A stretch of 64,000 nucleotides of DNA from Alkalispirochaeta sp. (GTDB taxonomy: Bacteria; Spirochaetota; Spirochaetia; DSM-27196; Alkalispirochaetaceae), in NCBI GenBank assembly GCA_965601925.1, contig OZ271854.1, positions 4,800,001 through 4,864,000 of the forward strand, written 5' to 3'. The translations under genes and the position numbers were made by a program. Position 1 is the first letter of the stretch; each line of letters starts with the position of its first letter. The notes beneath the pieces are model-generated. The model was given only the letters and a program-made list of their open reading frames with translations, had not been told where the DNA came from and did no database searches. Shown piece by piece: positions 9,483 through 19,927 of the stretch.

Positions 9483-11541
9483 TGTAAAAATTCTTACTGA
9501 ATTCGAACACGACGTCCACTCGATCGCGGAGGTCGAAATCCGCGCGCGCGCGGCCGGCGGCGGACCAGAATACCGCGGGCCATTTGTATCCGCCTCCCGA
9601 GAGGAGAAGGCGCAGGTGATCCTGCTCCTTGCCGATAATCTGAAGATCTTCGAGAACCATATTGCGCGCCAGAAATCGAATCTCCGGATGGCCTTGTCCG
9701 TACGGCTCGAAACGTCGAACGACCTTTTCTATCTCCGGATTGAGATACTTAGGCGGCAACTCGGCGTCGATCTCGATCTCCTCCTCGCGCTCCGCCTCCA
9801 GAGAGAGCTCCGGCAGCACGGTTCTGAGGCGATTCCAGAAGTCATCTAGACGGTGCGCCTTGAGGTTGAACCCCGCGGCCTCGTTGTGTCCGCCCCATTT
9901 CTCGAATATATCTTCGAACTTCCTGAGAAAATCGGTGGCGACAAACCCGCGTGCGCTGCGGACGCTCCCGACGACGACATCTTCCACCGAGGTCAACACC
10001 GTAGCCGGCAGGTTGAACCGACGACTGAGTCGGCCCGCGATAATGCCGGTGACTCCACGATGCACGTGCTCGTCGTGCACCGCGATAAGTTTGCCGTCAA
10101 GCGACTCCATCGCCTCGCGAACTCTGGGCAACACCGCCTTCCACGCCTCGTCTCCGACTTTGCGTCGCCGCCGATTGAGTTTATCGATCTGTTCTGCCAG
10201 CTCGTGGCGACGGCCCTCGTCATCGGACAAAAGCAGCTCTACGGCCACCGAAGGTGTGCCCATTCGTCCGGTGGCGTTAATCGCCGGTGCCAGACTCCAG
10301 CCGATATCGCGACTCACCAGAGCGCGCCCGGATATGCCCACGGCCCGCATAAGGGCGTCGAGCCCTCGATTGGGCGCCTCATTGAGACGCTGGAGACCGC
10401 GGCGAATTAACATCCGATTCTCATCGACCAGGGGCATCATGTCGGCGAGCGTCGCCACCGCCATGAGATCAATGACCGAATCGAGAGCATCGCGGATCGA
10501 GGGGAATCGCGCCTCGACCACCTTCTGATAGAGCGCGGCGAGCACGTCTATCTCCTGGGCGCTCGCAGCGGCGTACCGCGCAAGTCGCGACCCTTCGCGC
10601 ATCTCGAGGAGGCTCTTCCCGGAGATCGACGGAAAGAACTCGCGCACCTGTTCGGCGAGATCGAGCATGTAGATGTCGACGCCGGATCCCAGTCCCTCGG
10701 TGAGCAAGCGCTTCTGCAGGGGCAGGTCGTAGCAGATCAATTTACGACCGATCAAAAACTCGCCGAGGCGACTCGCCTCCAACGCGGCGACGCCGGGCAC
10801 AAGCGCTTCGGTAACGCGGTCGACCTCGATGCCGTTCTCGATGGATATGGCCTCGACGATGATCGTATCGTTGGCGGGACGGGCATTTAGGAGGGTCACC
10901 AACTCGCCGAAGATCTCGGTGCGTCCCACGGCGAGGGCTTGGCGCACCTTACCGGCGAGGGCGCACCCGCACAATCCCTCGAACGGATATCCCTCGCCTA
11001 CCTTCGGGTTGATGATCGATACGGCCGGGGGGAGGTGTTCCTGCGGATTGTGGTGGTCCACGACGATCGTATCGATCCCGTACTCCGCCGCGGCGGCGAT
11101 CTCCTCGTTATTGACGACGCCGCAGTCAACCGTAACGATCAACGTGCCGGCGGCGGCGGCGAACCGCTGCACGGAGTCCATGGTAAGGCCGTAGGGCGCG
11201 TCGCCTTCCGGCACCTCCCAGCGCGTATCGATACCCATCTCACGCAGCGTGGAGACCATAACCGCCGTGCTGGTGATGCCGTCCACGTCCCGATCGCCGA
11301 ATACGAGTACCTTCTCGCCGTCTTCGCGGGCTTGAAAGATCCGCTCTACGACGTCGGGCATGTCTTCGAAGAGAAAGGGACTATGGAGGTAGCGTGTATC
11401 GTCCTCCAAGTAGTACGGCATCAACGATCCGTCATTGACACCCCGTCTGACGAGGATCGCGGAGGTAAGCAAATCGGTACCGTACCGCGACGAGAGCTCT
11501 TGTACCGCAACGCCGTCGATCGGAGGCTTGCGCCATTTCAT
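9409..11541 (-). CDS. recJ: Single-stranded-DNA exonuclease RecJ
   Basis: Motifs GDRDVDG, TVDCG, DHH, ATLADMMPL, GSVRS, GGH..AAG. Confidence 0.95.
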   Translation of the reverse strand: MKWRKPPIDGVAVQELSSRYGTDLLTSAILVRRGVNDGSLMPYYLEDDTRYLHSPFLFEDMPDVVERIFQAREDGEKVLVFGDRDVDGITSTAVMVSTLREMGIDTRWEVPEGDAPYGLTMDSVQRFAAAAGTLIVTVDCGVVNNEEIAAAAEYGIDTIVVDHHNPQEHLPPAVSIINPKVGEGYPFEGLCGCALAGKVRQALAVGRTEIFGELVTLLNARPANDTIIVEAISIENGIEVDRVTEALVPGVAALEASRLGEFLIGRKLICYDLPLQKRLLTEGLGSGVDIYMLDLAEQVREFFPSISGKSLLEMREGSRLARYAAASAQEIDVLAALYQKVVEARFPSIRDALDSVIDLMAVATLADMMPLVDENRMLIRRGLQRLNEAPNRGLDALMRAVGISGRALVSRDIGWSLAPAINATGRMGTPSVAVELLLSDDEGRRHELAEQIDKLNRRRRKVGDEAWKAVLPRVREAMESLDGKLIAVHDEHVHRGVTGIIAGRLSRRFNLPATVLTSVEDVVVGSVRSARGFVATDFLRKFEDIFEKWGGHNEAAGFNLKAHRLDDFWNRLRTVLPELSLEAEREEEIEIDAELPPKYLNPEIEKVVRRFEPYGQGHPEIRFLARNMVLEDLQIIGKEQDHLRLLLSGGGYKWPAVFWSAAGRARADFDLRDRVDVVFEFSKNFYNGNETIQLVVVDMRRSDEQIVVDS

Positions 11542-12887
11542 AAGGTGGAGAGTTCCTCCAGGATCATTGCGCTACGTTCCGTTGCCGCATCGCCGGCGGC
11601 ATCGACCTCGATGCCCGTCTCCACCGTCGCGATCGCTTGCTCGACGGCGTGGGACGTGTGCCCCCATACGGTCAAGAGCGGCTCACCGCGGCGTACCGTC
11701 TCTCCCGGCTTTTTGAGGATCTCGAATCCCACGTCGGGGTGTACATCGTCGTCGGCTTGATTGCGTCCCCCACCGAGATACACGCCCCCCATACCGACTT
11801 TGAAGGCATCCATGCGCGTCAACACACCGCTTTCGGGTGAGGAGACGACGCCGCGCTCAGCGGCCCTAAGAGTCCCCAGGGCGCCGTACATTGCATCGAT
11901 ATCCCCACCTTGGAGTCGGATATTATGTTCCATACTGCGCCATGCGGAGCCGTCTTCGAGAGCGCTTTGACACCGATCCTCGCCCTCCTCGACGGAGGCC
12001 GCTTTTCCTGCGGCGACGAGCATCCACGCGGTCAGGCGCATCGTGACCTCCATGAGGTCGTCGCTGCGGCCGTCGGTCGGCACACGATCGAGTGCAGCGG
12101 GACACCGCAGGAGCGCCAGCGATTCCTCCACTTCGAGAAAGTTGCCGACTTTGGAACCGAGGGGACTCTCCATACGAGTGAGGACCGCGACGATCTGTTT
12201 ACCGAGGCTCCGGCCGGTGTCGACTAATGAGCGCGCCAACGCGCGGGCATCTTCGGCGGTTTTCATGAACGCCCCGGGGCCGGTCTTCACATCGAAAACG
12301 AGGGCGTTGGCGCCCTCGGCGAACTTCTTGGAGAGAATACTGGAGGTGATGAGCGGTATATTTTCCACCGTACCGGTCGCGTCGCGCAGGGCGTACAGTC
12401 GGCGATCGGCGGGCACGACGTTCTCACTCTGGCCGGTCATGGCGAAACCGCACTCACCGATGACCGTCGCGAAGCGGGACGAATCCAAGCCGGTACGGTA
12501 GCCGGGAATGGACTCGAGCTTGTCGAGGGTGCCGCCGGTATGGCCCAGGGAACGTCCGCTCATCATCGGCACCTGGAGACCGCATGCGGCCGCCAGCGGT
12601 GCGAGTATGAGCGACACCTTATCTCCTACTCCGCCGGTGGAATGCTTATCTACGAAAGGCCCCTTTAGGGCCGACAGGTCGATCGTCTCGCCGGAGTCGA
12701 TCATTTCACGCGTGAGATATCCGGTCTCTTCGCTCGTCATACCTTGAAAGAACACCGCCATCAAGAACGCCGATACCTGATACTCCGGGATCGATCCGTC
12801 GACGTAACCGCGGATCAAGAAAGATATCTCTTCACGGCTCAGGGCCTCTCCCTGGCGCTTTTTGATGACAATGTCGAGAGCTCGCAT
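11538..12887 (-). CDS. pdp: Pyrimidine-nucleoside/thymidine phosphorylase
   Basis: Motifs DKHSTGGVGDK, SGRSLGHTGGTLDKLESIPG, LYALRDATGTV. Confidence 0.95.
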   Translation of the reverse strand: MRALDIVIKKRQGEALSREEISFLIRGYVDGSIPEYQVSAFLMAVFFQGMTSEETGYLTREMIDSGETIDLSALKGPFVDKHSTGGVGDKVSLILAPLAAACGLQVPMMSGRSLGHTGGTLDKLESIPGYRTGLDSSRFATVIGECGFAMTGQSENVVPADRRLYALRDATGTVENIPLITSSILSKKFAEGANALVFDVKTGPGAFMKTAEDARALARSLVDTGRSLGKQIVAVLTRMESPLGSKVGNFLEVEESLALLRCPAALDRVPTDGRSDDLMEVTMRLTAWMLVAAGKAASVEEGEDRCQSALEDGSAWRSMEHNIRLQGGDIDAMYGALGTLRAAERGVVSSPESGVLTRMDAFKVGMGGVYLGGGRNQADDDVHPDVGFEILKKPGETVRRGEPLLTVWGHTSHAVEQAIATVETGIEVDAAGDAATERSAMILEELSTL

Positions 12888-12916
12888 CTGGAGAGAATAA
12901 CATGGAAGGCGGTCCC

Positions 12917-12945
12917 TTGACAGCCCGGTGTGGTGCGGCTACGTT
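12917..12945 (+). promoter_or_regulatory. Sigma70-like promoter TTGACA-17-TACGTT for the STAS gene
   Basis: Perfect -35, 17-nt spacer and TANNNT -10 in the divergent intergenic region. Confidence 0.6.
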
Positions 12946-12970
12946 CTTTACAAGGCGCCGGATACCGTTC

Positions 12971-13327
12971 ATGACATGCGATATTTCGTACCGAGACAGC
13001 GTAACTATTCTCGCGCTCAACGGTCATCTCGATCTCCATAGTGCTCCGCGCCTCTCCCAAGAGATACAAGACGCGATGCGCACGGACGCGTCGAAACTGG
13101 TAATCGATCTCGCCGGCATCGACTATATCGATTCGAGCGGCATCGGCGTCCTTCTCAAGGTGTTCGGTTCCGCAAGACGGGGCGAGTTTCAACTGCGCCT
13201 GTGCGGCGTGCACGGCGCGGTGGCGCACGTGATCAGCCTTACCAAGTTGACGAACTATCTCCCGATTTCCGACGATCTCACCACGGCGATCACCGATCTC
13301 GACGGCGAGACGGCCGTCGCGACCTGA
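12971..13327 (+). CDS. STAS-domain anti-sigma-factor antagonist
   Basis: Motifs GHLD and IDLAGIDYIDSSGIGVL (phospho-Ser motif). ATG 12971 is downstream of the promoter. Confidence 0.9.
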   Translation: MTCDISYRDSVTILALNGHLDLHSAPRLSQEIQDAMRTDASKLVIDLAGIDYIDSSGIGVLLKVFGSARRGEFQLRLCGVHGAVAHVISLTKLTNYLPISDDLTTAITDLDGETAVAT

Positions 13328-13338
13328 ACCGCCCGCAC

Positions 13339-14364
13339 CTACTCCGAGAGCGTGACCAGATTACGCCCGTTACGTTTGGAAAGATATAACGCCTGGTCGG
13401 CGCGATCGATGAACATGTGCGACGTGTGGTCTCGCGCTGCGTTATATTCGGCGACGCCGATCGATATCGTCACCTTCAAGCGTGTATCGCCCACCTGTAT
13501 GTGCCGCTCGGCAATACTCTCCCGAATTCGGTCGCAAATACGCTGTGCGTCGCCCAAGCGCGTGTGCGGTAACAGCAGTACGAACTCCTCGCCGCCGTAG
13601 CGTGCCGCGATATCGGTCTGTCGTATGGCGCCGAGCAGCACTTGCGCAACATCCTTCAGCACCTCGTCGCCCACCACGTGCCCGTGTGTATCGTTCACTT
13701 CCTTGAACCGATCCAGGTCGAGCATAGCCATCGTGAGTTCGCCCCCTTCGCGATTACAGCGGGCGATCGCCTCTTCGAGCATCGTCAGAAAGTAGTGACG
13801 CATCTTCAATCGCGTCATGAGATCGGTATTGGTCACCTCGAAGAGGAAGGCGTTATGCAGCGCCGTTCCCGCGAGAGCCGCCAGGTCCATGAGGTAGCTC
13901 TGCTCATAGAGTGAGAACTCGCCGCTCCCGTCGATGCGATTACCGAGAATGATGATGCCGATAAGCTGACTCTTGGCGAGAACGGGTATCACGAGAGCGG
14001 GCGCGTGCCGGCCGATCGGCACGATCTCGTGTTCCGAAAGACCGTTCTGCAGTAACTGAGAAATGGAAAAGCACTGCCTCCGTTCCTCCAAGAGTCGAAA
14101 CAGCGAGGAGTTGTCGTCGATACACACCTCGCGGCCGGTGATATCGAATCCAACGGCGTTACGATGGAGGCACAAGGCGCTGGATTGTATGTCGCGCCGG
14201 GTGAAAATCCCGGCCTGCAACACCTGCATCTGCGCCAGACAGGTGTATAGAATCGACTCCAGAACGGTATGAAACTCGAGGGTGCTGTTGAGACTCTTGC
14301 TGATCTCGATGAGCTGTCGTAGGTCGAAGTTCTCTTTCTCCCAGTTCCGCTTCGTCTCGATCAT
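13339..14364 (-). CDS. GAF-GGDEF diguanylate cyclase
   Basis: Motifs DLDRFKEVND, GH..GD, RQTD I-site, RYGGEEF, ADQALYLSK..GRN. ATG 14364 follows GGGAG. Confidence 0.92.
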   Translation of the reverse strand: MIETKRNWEKENFDLRQLIEISKSLNSTLEFHTVLESILYTCLAQMQVLQAGIFTRRDIQSSALCLHRNAVGFDITGREVCIDDNSSLFRLLEERRQCFSISQLLQNGLSEHEIVPIGRHAPALVIPVLAKSQLIGIIILGNRIDGSGEFSLYEQSYLMDLAALAGTALHNAFLFEVTNTDLMTRLKMRHYFLTMLEEAIARCNREGGELTMAMLDLDRFKEVNDTHGHVVGDEVLKDVAQVLLGAIRQTDIAARYGGEEFVLLLPHTRLGDAQRICDRIRESIAERHIQVGDTRLKVTISIGVAEYNAARDHTSHMFIDRADQALYLSKRNGRNLVTLSE

Positions 14365-14440
14365 CGAAGGCTCCCGTCGGTTTGTTCTGGCGTCGCGGCG
14401 ACGACGACCGTGACAGTGTAATCGGTCGTGCGCGGCGGGT

Positions 14441-15208
14441 CTACAGGAGCCGCCCCCCCACGGCGAGAGTGTTGAGCGGCGCGGCCACGACATCCTGTAG
14501 CACAGTCAAGACAAAGCGCCGCGCGGCATCGAACGGCACCTCCGCGATATCCAGATCGCGGACCGCGGCAAAGGGCCGTTCGTCGATCCAGGAGAGCAGC
14601 CGTACCGCGGCGGGCTCGATACGCACCATTGAGGGCGATGACCACTCCTCACCGACGACGCCCCCTTCGACGCGGTGGTAGTACCGCACCTCGGCCTCGG
14701 CAAGCGCCCTATCGGAGACGATACAGCGCTCCAAATCGGGCTGTACTCCAAGAATATGCAGATAGCGCCACAACACCGAAAGGCCGACTAACCGTGCATC
14801 GCACCGGTCGGGAGACGGGTCCTCGATAAGGCTCAATGCATCGTCGATCAAGCGATACACCGCGGGCTCATCGCCGCCGGAGGCGTGGGTGCGCCAGACG
14901 ACCTCGGCCCACAGGCTGGCGTGGTAGTAGGCGGAGAGATCGTGTTGCAACACCAAGGCGTAGCGCTCAACCTCGAAATCGGTAATCTTACTCCGTTCTT
15001 GGCGCGGATCGCGGTACAACCACGCGACGCCACGCACAAAGGGTACGACCTTGCCCCGGAGCGACGACCGTCGGGAGCGCAGTCCGTACGCCACTGCCGG
15101 CACCAGGCCCTCCTCCTCGGTCAAGAGATCCACCATCGCATGGCTCTCTCCGAAGGGACTTATGCGAAGAACGATCGCCGACTGTTGACTGCTGCGGTTC
15201 ACGGTCAT
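14441..15208 (-). CDS. recO: DNA repair protein RecO
   Basis: N-terminal IVLR...GESH.MVDLLT..GLV..VAYG pattern, LGVQPDLERC, typical length. Confidence 0.82.
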   Translation of the reverse strand: MTVNRSSQQSAIVLRISPFGESHAMVDLLTEEEGLVPAVAYGLRSRRSSLRGKVVPFVRGVAWLYRDPRQERSKITDFEVERYALVLQHDLSAYYHASLWAEVVWRTHASGGDEPAVYRLIDDALSLIEDPSPDRCDARLVGLSVLWRYLHILGVQPDLERCIVSDRALAEAEVRYYHRVEGGVVGEEWSSPSMVRIEPAAVRLLSWIDERPFAAVRDLDIAEVPFDAARRFVLTVLQDVVAAPLNTLAVGGRLL

Positions 15209-15262
15209 AGCTTATACACGCCGCAAGACGGAACAACAATAGGCCAAAAATGGAATAAGCCC

Positions 15263-17617
15263 ATGTCACAACAACACGAAATACTTCCGGCGGACCAGGT
15301 TCTGCCCAACAAACTGTCGGTAATCGCGCTGAACGGTAAGCCGATCTTCCCGGGTCTCTTCACACCGTTGATGATCACCTCGGCCGAAGACCTGGAGGTC
15401 GTCCAGAGCGCGCTGGAGGGAGACAAGCACATCGGCTTGGTCATGACCCGCGACGAGGAGACCGAGGAAACGAGCATCGAAGATCTACACGAGATCGGAA
15501 CGGCCGCCAAAATCCTCAAACGTATTAACCTCCCCGACGGCGGAATGAACATTTTCGTCTCTACTCTGAAGCGCTTTCGCATTCGTAAGAGCCTTTCGGG
15601 CGACCAGACGCCGATGATCGCGGCGGTCGACTATCTCGACGACGAGGAGACCGACACCGAGGAGGTGCAGGCGCTCACTCGGGCGATCATCTCCGAGACC
15701 AAGCAGGTGAGCGAGAACAATCCGCTCTTCTCCGAGGAGATGCGACTCAACATGGTGAACATCGATCAACCCGGCAAGATCGGGGACTTCGTCACCAGCA
15801 TTCTCAATATCGATCGCGACGCGCAGCAGGACGTCCTGGCGACCCTCAACGTGCGCGAACGGTTGGAGAAGGTCCTGATGTTCATCAAGAAGGAGCAGGA
15901 GCTCCTGCGTATTCAGAAGCGGATTCAGACTCAGATCAACGAGAAGATAGAGAAGAGCCAACGCGAGTACTTTCTCAAAGAAGAGCTGAAGGCGATTAAG
16001 CAGGAGTTGGGCGTTCCCACCGACGCCAAGAGCTCCGAGTACCAGCGCTTCAAGGAGGCGATCGAGAAGCTTCCGTTAGAGGGAGAGGTACGCAAACAGG
16101 TGGAACAGGAGCTCGAGAAGTTTCAGCTTATAGAACCCAACTCCGCCGAGTTTACCGTGACGCGAAACTACCTCGACACGATCGTGCAGCTGCCGTGGGC
16201 GGAGCCCGAGGCGCGCGAGCTCGATATCAACCGCGCCGGCAAAATTCTCGACGCCGACCACTACGGTCTGGAAGACGTCAAGGAACGCATCCTCGAGTTC
16301 CTCTCCGTGCGCAAACTGAAGGGCGACATGAAAGGCTCGATCATCTGCCTCGTCGGCCCCCCGGGAGTCGGTAAGACCTCGATCGGCAAATCGGTCGCTC
16401 GCGCTCTCGGCAAGGAGTTCTTCCGTTTTTCCGTGGGCGGTATGCGCGACGAGGCGGAGATCAAGGGGCACCGACGAACATACGTCGGCGCGATGCCCGG
16501 CAAAGTACTCCAGGGCCTCAAGATCGCCGGTACCAAGGATCCCGTCTTTATGATCGACGAGATCGACAAGCTCGGCGCGAGTTATCAGGGCGACCCCTCT
16601 TCAGCTCTGTTGGAGGTCCTCGACCCGGAGCAGAACGCTGCGTTCCGCGACCACTATCTGGACCTACCGTTCGATATCTCCGGCATCTTGTTCATCGCGA
16701 CTGCCAATACGCTCGATACGGTACCCTCTCCGCTGTTGGACCGCATGGAGGTCATCCGGCTATCCGGATACATCGACGAGGAGAAGATCGCCATCGCCCG
16801 AAAGTACCTCGTGCCCCGCTCAGTGGAACGAGCGGGACTGGGGAAAAAGCAGGTCGTCTACAACAAGGCGGCGCTGCGCGCTATCGCCAACGACTACGCT
16901 CGCGAGGCGGGTATGCGTCGGTACGAACAACTGCTGGACAAGATCCACCGCAAACTCGCCCGTGATCAGGTAAGCAACGATACGGCACCCCCGACGTACG
17001 AGATTGCCCCGGATGACCTCGAAACCTACCTCGGAAAGCCCGTCTTCCCCGAAGAGGCGGGCAAAAAGGTCGACCGACCCGGTATGACGATCGGCCTGGC
17101 GTGGACTCCGTACGGCGGCGACACCCTCGTGATCGAGGCGATCAACAACGCGGGGCGAGGCACCTACAAACTTACCGGGAAGATGGGTGACGTGATGCAG
17201 GAGAGCGCCAACATTGCCTACAGCTACGTGAAGCACGTCGCCGAAGGGTACGGAGCGGATAGACGTTTCTTCGACGAAAATGAGATCCACATTCACATTC
17301 CGGCGGGCGCGACGCCCAAAGACGGCCCGTCCGCGGGGATCACCATGGCGACGACACTCCTCTCCCTCGCTCGGAGTAAGAAGATCAAGGGTCGCCTCGC
17401 GATGACCGGCGAGCTCTCCCTCGTGGGACAGGTTCTCCCGATCGGCGGTCTCAAGGAGAAGACGATCGCCGCTCGCAGAAACGGGATAAAACACGTTATC
17501 ATCCCGAAGCAGAATGAAAAGGATCTTCAAGAAATTCCGGACCACATCAAACGGGGCATCACCTTTTACCCGGTGGAACGCATGGAAGAGGTGCTTCGCA
17601 TCGCCTTCGGCGATTGA
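15263..17617 (+). CDS. lon: ATP-dependent protease Lon
   Basis: Walker A GPPGVGKTS, IDEIDK, PKDGPSAG (catalytic Ser), GGLKEK. Confidence 0.97.
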   Translation: MSQQHEILPADQVLPNKLSVIALNGKPIFPGLFTPLMITSAEDLEVVQSALEGDKHIGLVMTRDEETEETSIEDLHEIGTAAKILKRINLPDGGMNIFVSTLKRFRIRKSLSGDQTPMIAAVDYLDDEETDTEEVQALTRAIISETKQVSENNPLFSEEMRLNMVNIDQPGKIGDFVTSILNIDRDAQQDVLATLNVRERLEKVLMFIKKEQELLRIQKRIQTQINEKIEKSQREYFLKEELKAIKQELGVPTDAKSSEYQRFKEAIEKLPLEGEVRKQVEQELEKFQLIEPNSAEFTVTRNYLDTIVQLPWAEPEARELDINRAGKILDADHYGLEDVKERILEFLSVRKLKGDMKGSIICLVGPPGVGKTSIGKSVARALGKEFFRFSVGGMRDEAEIKGHRRTYVGAMPGKVLQGLKIAGTKDPVFMIDEIDKLGASYQGDPSSALLEVLDPEQNAAFRDHYLDLPFDISGILFIATANTLDTVPSPLLDRMEVIRLSGYIDEEKIAIARKYLVPRSVERAGLGKKQVVYNKAALRAIANDYAREAGMRRYEQLLDKIHRKLARDQVSNDTAPPTYEIAPDDLETYLGKPVFPEEAGKKVDRPGMTIGLAWTPYGGDTLVIEAINNAGRGTYKLTGKMGDVMQESANIAYSYVKHVAEGYGADRRFFDENEIHIHIPAGATPKDGPSAGITMATTLLSLARSKKIKGRLAMTGELSLVGQVLPIGGLKEKTIAARRNGIKHVIIPKQNEKDLQEIPDHIKRGITFYPVERMEEVLRIAFGD

Positions 17618-17741
17618 GGATAGATCGCGTGAAAGAGGGACGGCCCTCTCTCGCAACGGAGTCGCCCGAGGAAGAGGCGCGCGACAAACGGTCGATATCG
17701 CAAAGGGGAACGGCCGGGCACGCGGGCATATCGTCCGGAGC

Positions 17742-18620
17742 GTGGCGCTCATTGCGGCGACGGGAGTGCTCGCTGCGGCGTGCACGGACGGCGTACGACG
17801 CGAGGGAGAGGCAACCGCTCCCTCGCCGGGGCCCGAGGAGGAGTCGACGGTCGTCCGCCCGCACGAGCTCGCCGATCTCCAGCCCCACCCCGCCTTTGAC
17901 CTTACGATGAATGACTTGCGCGCGGTGACGGTGGGCTTGGGGGGTGAGCGCGCGGCGGCGATTCTCGATCGCCCGGCAATCTTTCTCGACTTGGCCGACC
18001 GTATGCTTGCCCTACCGCCGGAGGCGCTGTGGCTCGTCGATAAGGAGACGCGCCTCGGTGCCGAGTACGAGCCTCACGACCTCATACCGCTCTCCGAATA
18101 CGCCGATCGTCTCACCCTCAACCGTACCGGCCTCTCCCTCAGGGCACTCATCATTCCCGACTTTCTCGCCATGGTCGAGGCGGCGCGCCTCGACGGAGTC
18201 ATCCTCGACGTGTCGAGCACCTATCGCAGTTACTCCTACCAAGAGTGGCTCTTCGACTATTGGGTCGGCGAGCTCGGGCTGGAGGAGGCGGAGCGGGTGA
18301 GCGCGAAAGCCGGATCGAGTCAGCATCAACTCGGAACGACGGTCGACTTCGGGAGCGTCACCGTTGCCTTTGCCGATCACCCCGCCGGCATCTGGCTTCG
18401 TCGTCGTGCGGGGGAGTTCGGCTTCTCCCTCTCCTATCCCGACGGATACGAGGAGATTACCGGGTACTCGTTCGAGCCGTGGCACTTCAGGTGGGTATCG
18501 CGACCGGCGGCGCGGATGGAGGCCGAGTTCTTCGGCGGAGTCCAGCAGCACGCTCTGGAGTTCTGGGCGCGCCACGAAACGTACCTCCGACACGCCCACC
18601 GCGACCGGACGGCGGAATAG
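17742..18620 (+). CDS. M15B (VanY-like) D,D-carboxypeptidase lipoprotein
   Basis: Motifs STYRSYSYQ, SAKAGSSQHQLGTTVD, EPWHFRW; lipobox LAAAC. Start uncertain; the frame is open from 17514. Confidence 0.82.
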   Translation: MALIAATGVLAAACTDGVRREGEATAPSPGPEEESTVVRPHELADLQPHPAFDLTMNDLRAVTVGLGGERAAAILDRPAIFLDLADRMLALPPEALWLVDKETRLGAEYEPHDLIPLSEYADRLTLNRTGLSLRALIIPDFLAMVEAARLDGVILDVSSTYRSYSYQEWLFDYWVGELGLEEAERVSAKAGSSQHQLGTTVDFGSVTVAFADHPAGIWLRRRAGEFGFSLSYPDGYEEITGYSFEPWHFRWVSRPAARMEAEFFGGVQQHALEFWARHETYLRHAHRDRTAE

Positions 18621-18630
18621 GTGGGTGCCG

Positions 18631-19908
18631 ATGGAACTTCTTTCACCGGCCGGAAGCCTCGAAAAACTGCGTATCGCCTACCGTTACGGTGCAGACGCGG
18701 CCTATCTGGGGGTACGTGGCTTCTCTCTACGGAGCGGCGCCGACTCGATCGCCGGGTCGGGGAATTCCACGACGCCTCGCGACGTCGAGGGAGAGTCCGC
18801 GGTACGCGATGGAGCGTCGGCGGAGCGCACGGCCGAGGCCGTTCGACGTATCAAGGGCGCCAAGCGTCTCTACGGGGCACTCAACCTCTACGCTCACGAG
18901 GAGGACCTGAAGCGACTCCCCGCGGCACTGGACGAGTTGCGCCCCTTGCCGCTCGATGCATTGATCGTCGCCGACATCGGGCTCGTCGATCCGATTCGAC
19001 GCGTCCTCCCCGAGATCGAGCTCCATCTATCGACACAGGCCAACTGCACCAACTCCGCGGCGGCGCGAATGTACCACCGCATGGGGTTCTCGCGAATCAT
19101 CGCGGCGAGAGAACTCTCGCTCGACGGTATTCGATCGATCAAAGATGCGGTGCCGGAACTCGAGGTCGAGGTATTTGTCCACGGCGCGACGTGTATGGCC
19201 TACTCGGGACGCTGTTTCCTCTCCACGCACATGGCCGGACGCTCGGCCAATCGAGGAGAGTGTGCTCACTCGTGCCGCTGGAACTACGCCTTGGTGGAAA
19301 AGAAGCGCCCCGAGGAATCGTATCCAGTCGAGGTGGACGAGCGCTTCCTGACGATCCTCTCGCCGCGCGATGTGATGCTCTTCGATCGCATAGAGGAGAT
19401 CCGCGCCGCCGGCGTCGCATCGATTAAAATCGAAGGCCGGATGAAGAGTGCCTTATACGCCGCGGTGACCGCCGCCGCCTATCGGGCCGCCCTCGACGGG
19501 GTGGACGGCGGGCAACGGGAACGGTGGAGGCGAGAGCTCGAGACCCTTCCCCACCGACCCTATACGGAGGGGTTTCTCTTCGCCGACCCGACGACTCATG
19601 AACCGGTCACCGACGATACGCCGTGGGGAAGTCGATTTCTGGGAATCCTCCCGAGCGCGATGCACCGCAATGGGACGAGGCTGTGGAACCTGGACGCGAG
19701 AAATGCGATACTCCGAACCGATACGGTCGAGCTCCTTCTTCCCGGTGGAGACGTACACCGTATCGAAGGACCCGATCTTCGCGATGGCGAGGGAACACCG
19801 ATCGAGCGTGCGGTTCACGGACGCCCGGCCGGTCTCGTGCCCCCGAGCAAGCTCGCCGACCGCGATCTTACCGACGGGATCATAAGAAATACTTGCGTCG
19901 AAGCGTGA
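18631..19908 (+). CDS. Peptidase U32 family protein (TrhP-like Fe-S RNA hydroxylation protein)
   Basis: Motifs ELLSPAG, HLSTQAN, EVFVHGA, CX6CX15CX3C cluster, KIEGRMK. Confidence 0.88.
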   Translation: MELLSPAGSLEKLRIAYRYGADAAYLGVRGFSLRSGADSIAGSGNSTTPRDVEGESAVRDGASAERTAEAVRRIKGAKRLYGALNLYAHEEDLKRLPAALDELRPLPLDALIVADIGLVDPIRRVLPEIELHLSTQANCTNSAAARMYHRMGFSRIIAARELSLDGIRSIKDAVPELEVEVFVHGATCMAYSGRCFLSTHMAGRSANRGECAHSCRWNYALVEKKRPEESYPVEVDERFLTILSPRDVMLFDRIEEIRAAGVASIKIEGRMKSALYAAVTAAAYRAALDGVDGGQRERWRRELETLPHRPYTEGFLFADPTTHEPVTDDTPWGSRFLGILPSAMHRNGTRLWNLDARNAILRTDTVELLLPGGDVHRIEGPDLRDGEGTPIERAVHGRPAGLVPPSKLADRDLTDGIIRNTCVEA

Positions 19909-19927
19909 CTGCCGCTACGGTAACGAT

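Noticed and set aside
14885..15262. Long N-terminal ORF extensions (lon here; likewise the cyclase, U32, UDG, truA and the 3542 TPR gene)
   Set aside because: They overlap well-supported neighbouring genes and lack family similarity; open frames are common in high-GC DNA.
17614..17910. Short ORF or frameshifted start for the VanY-like gene (GTG 17629 after GAGGA)
   Set aside because: The peptide is low-complexity and there is no slippery site; a frameshift cannot be supported without reads.
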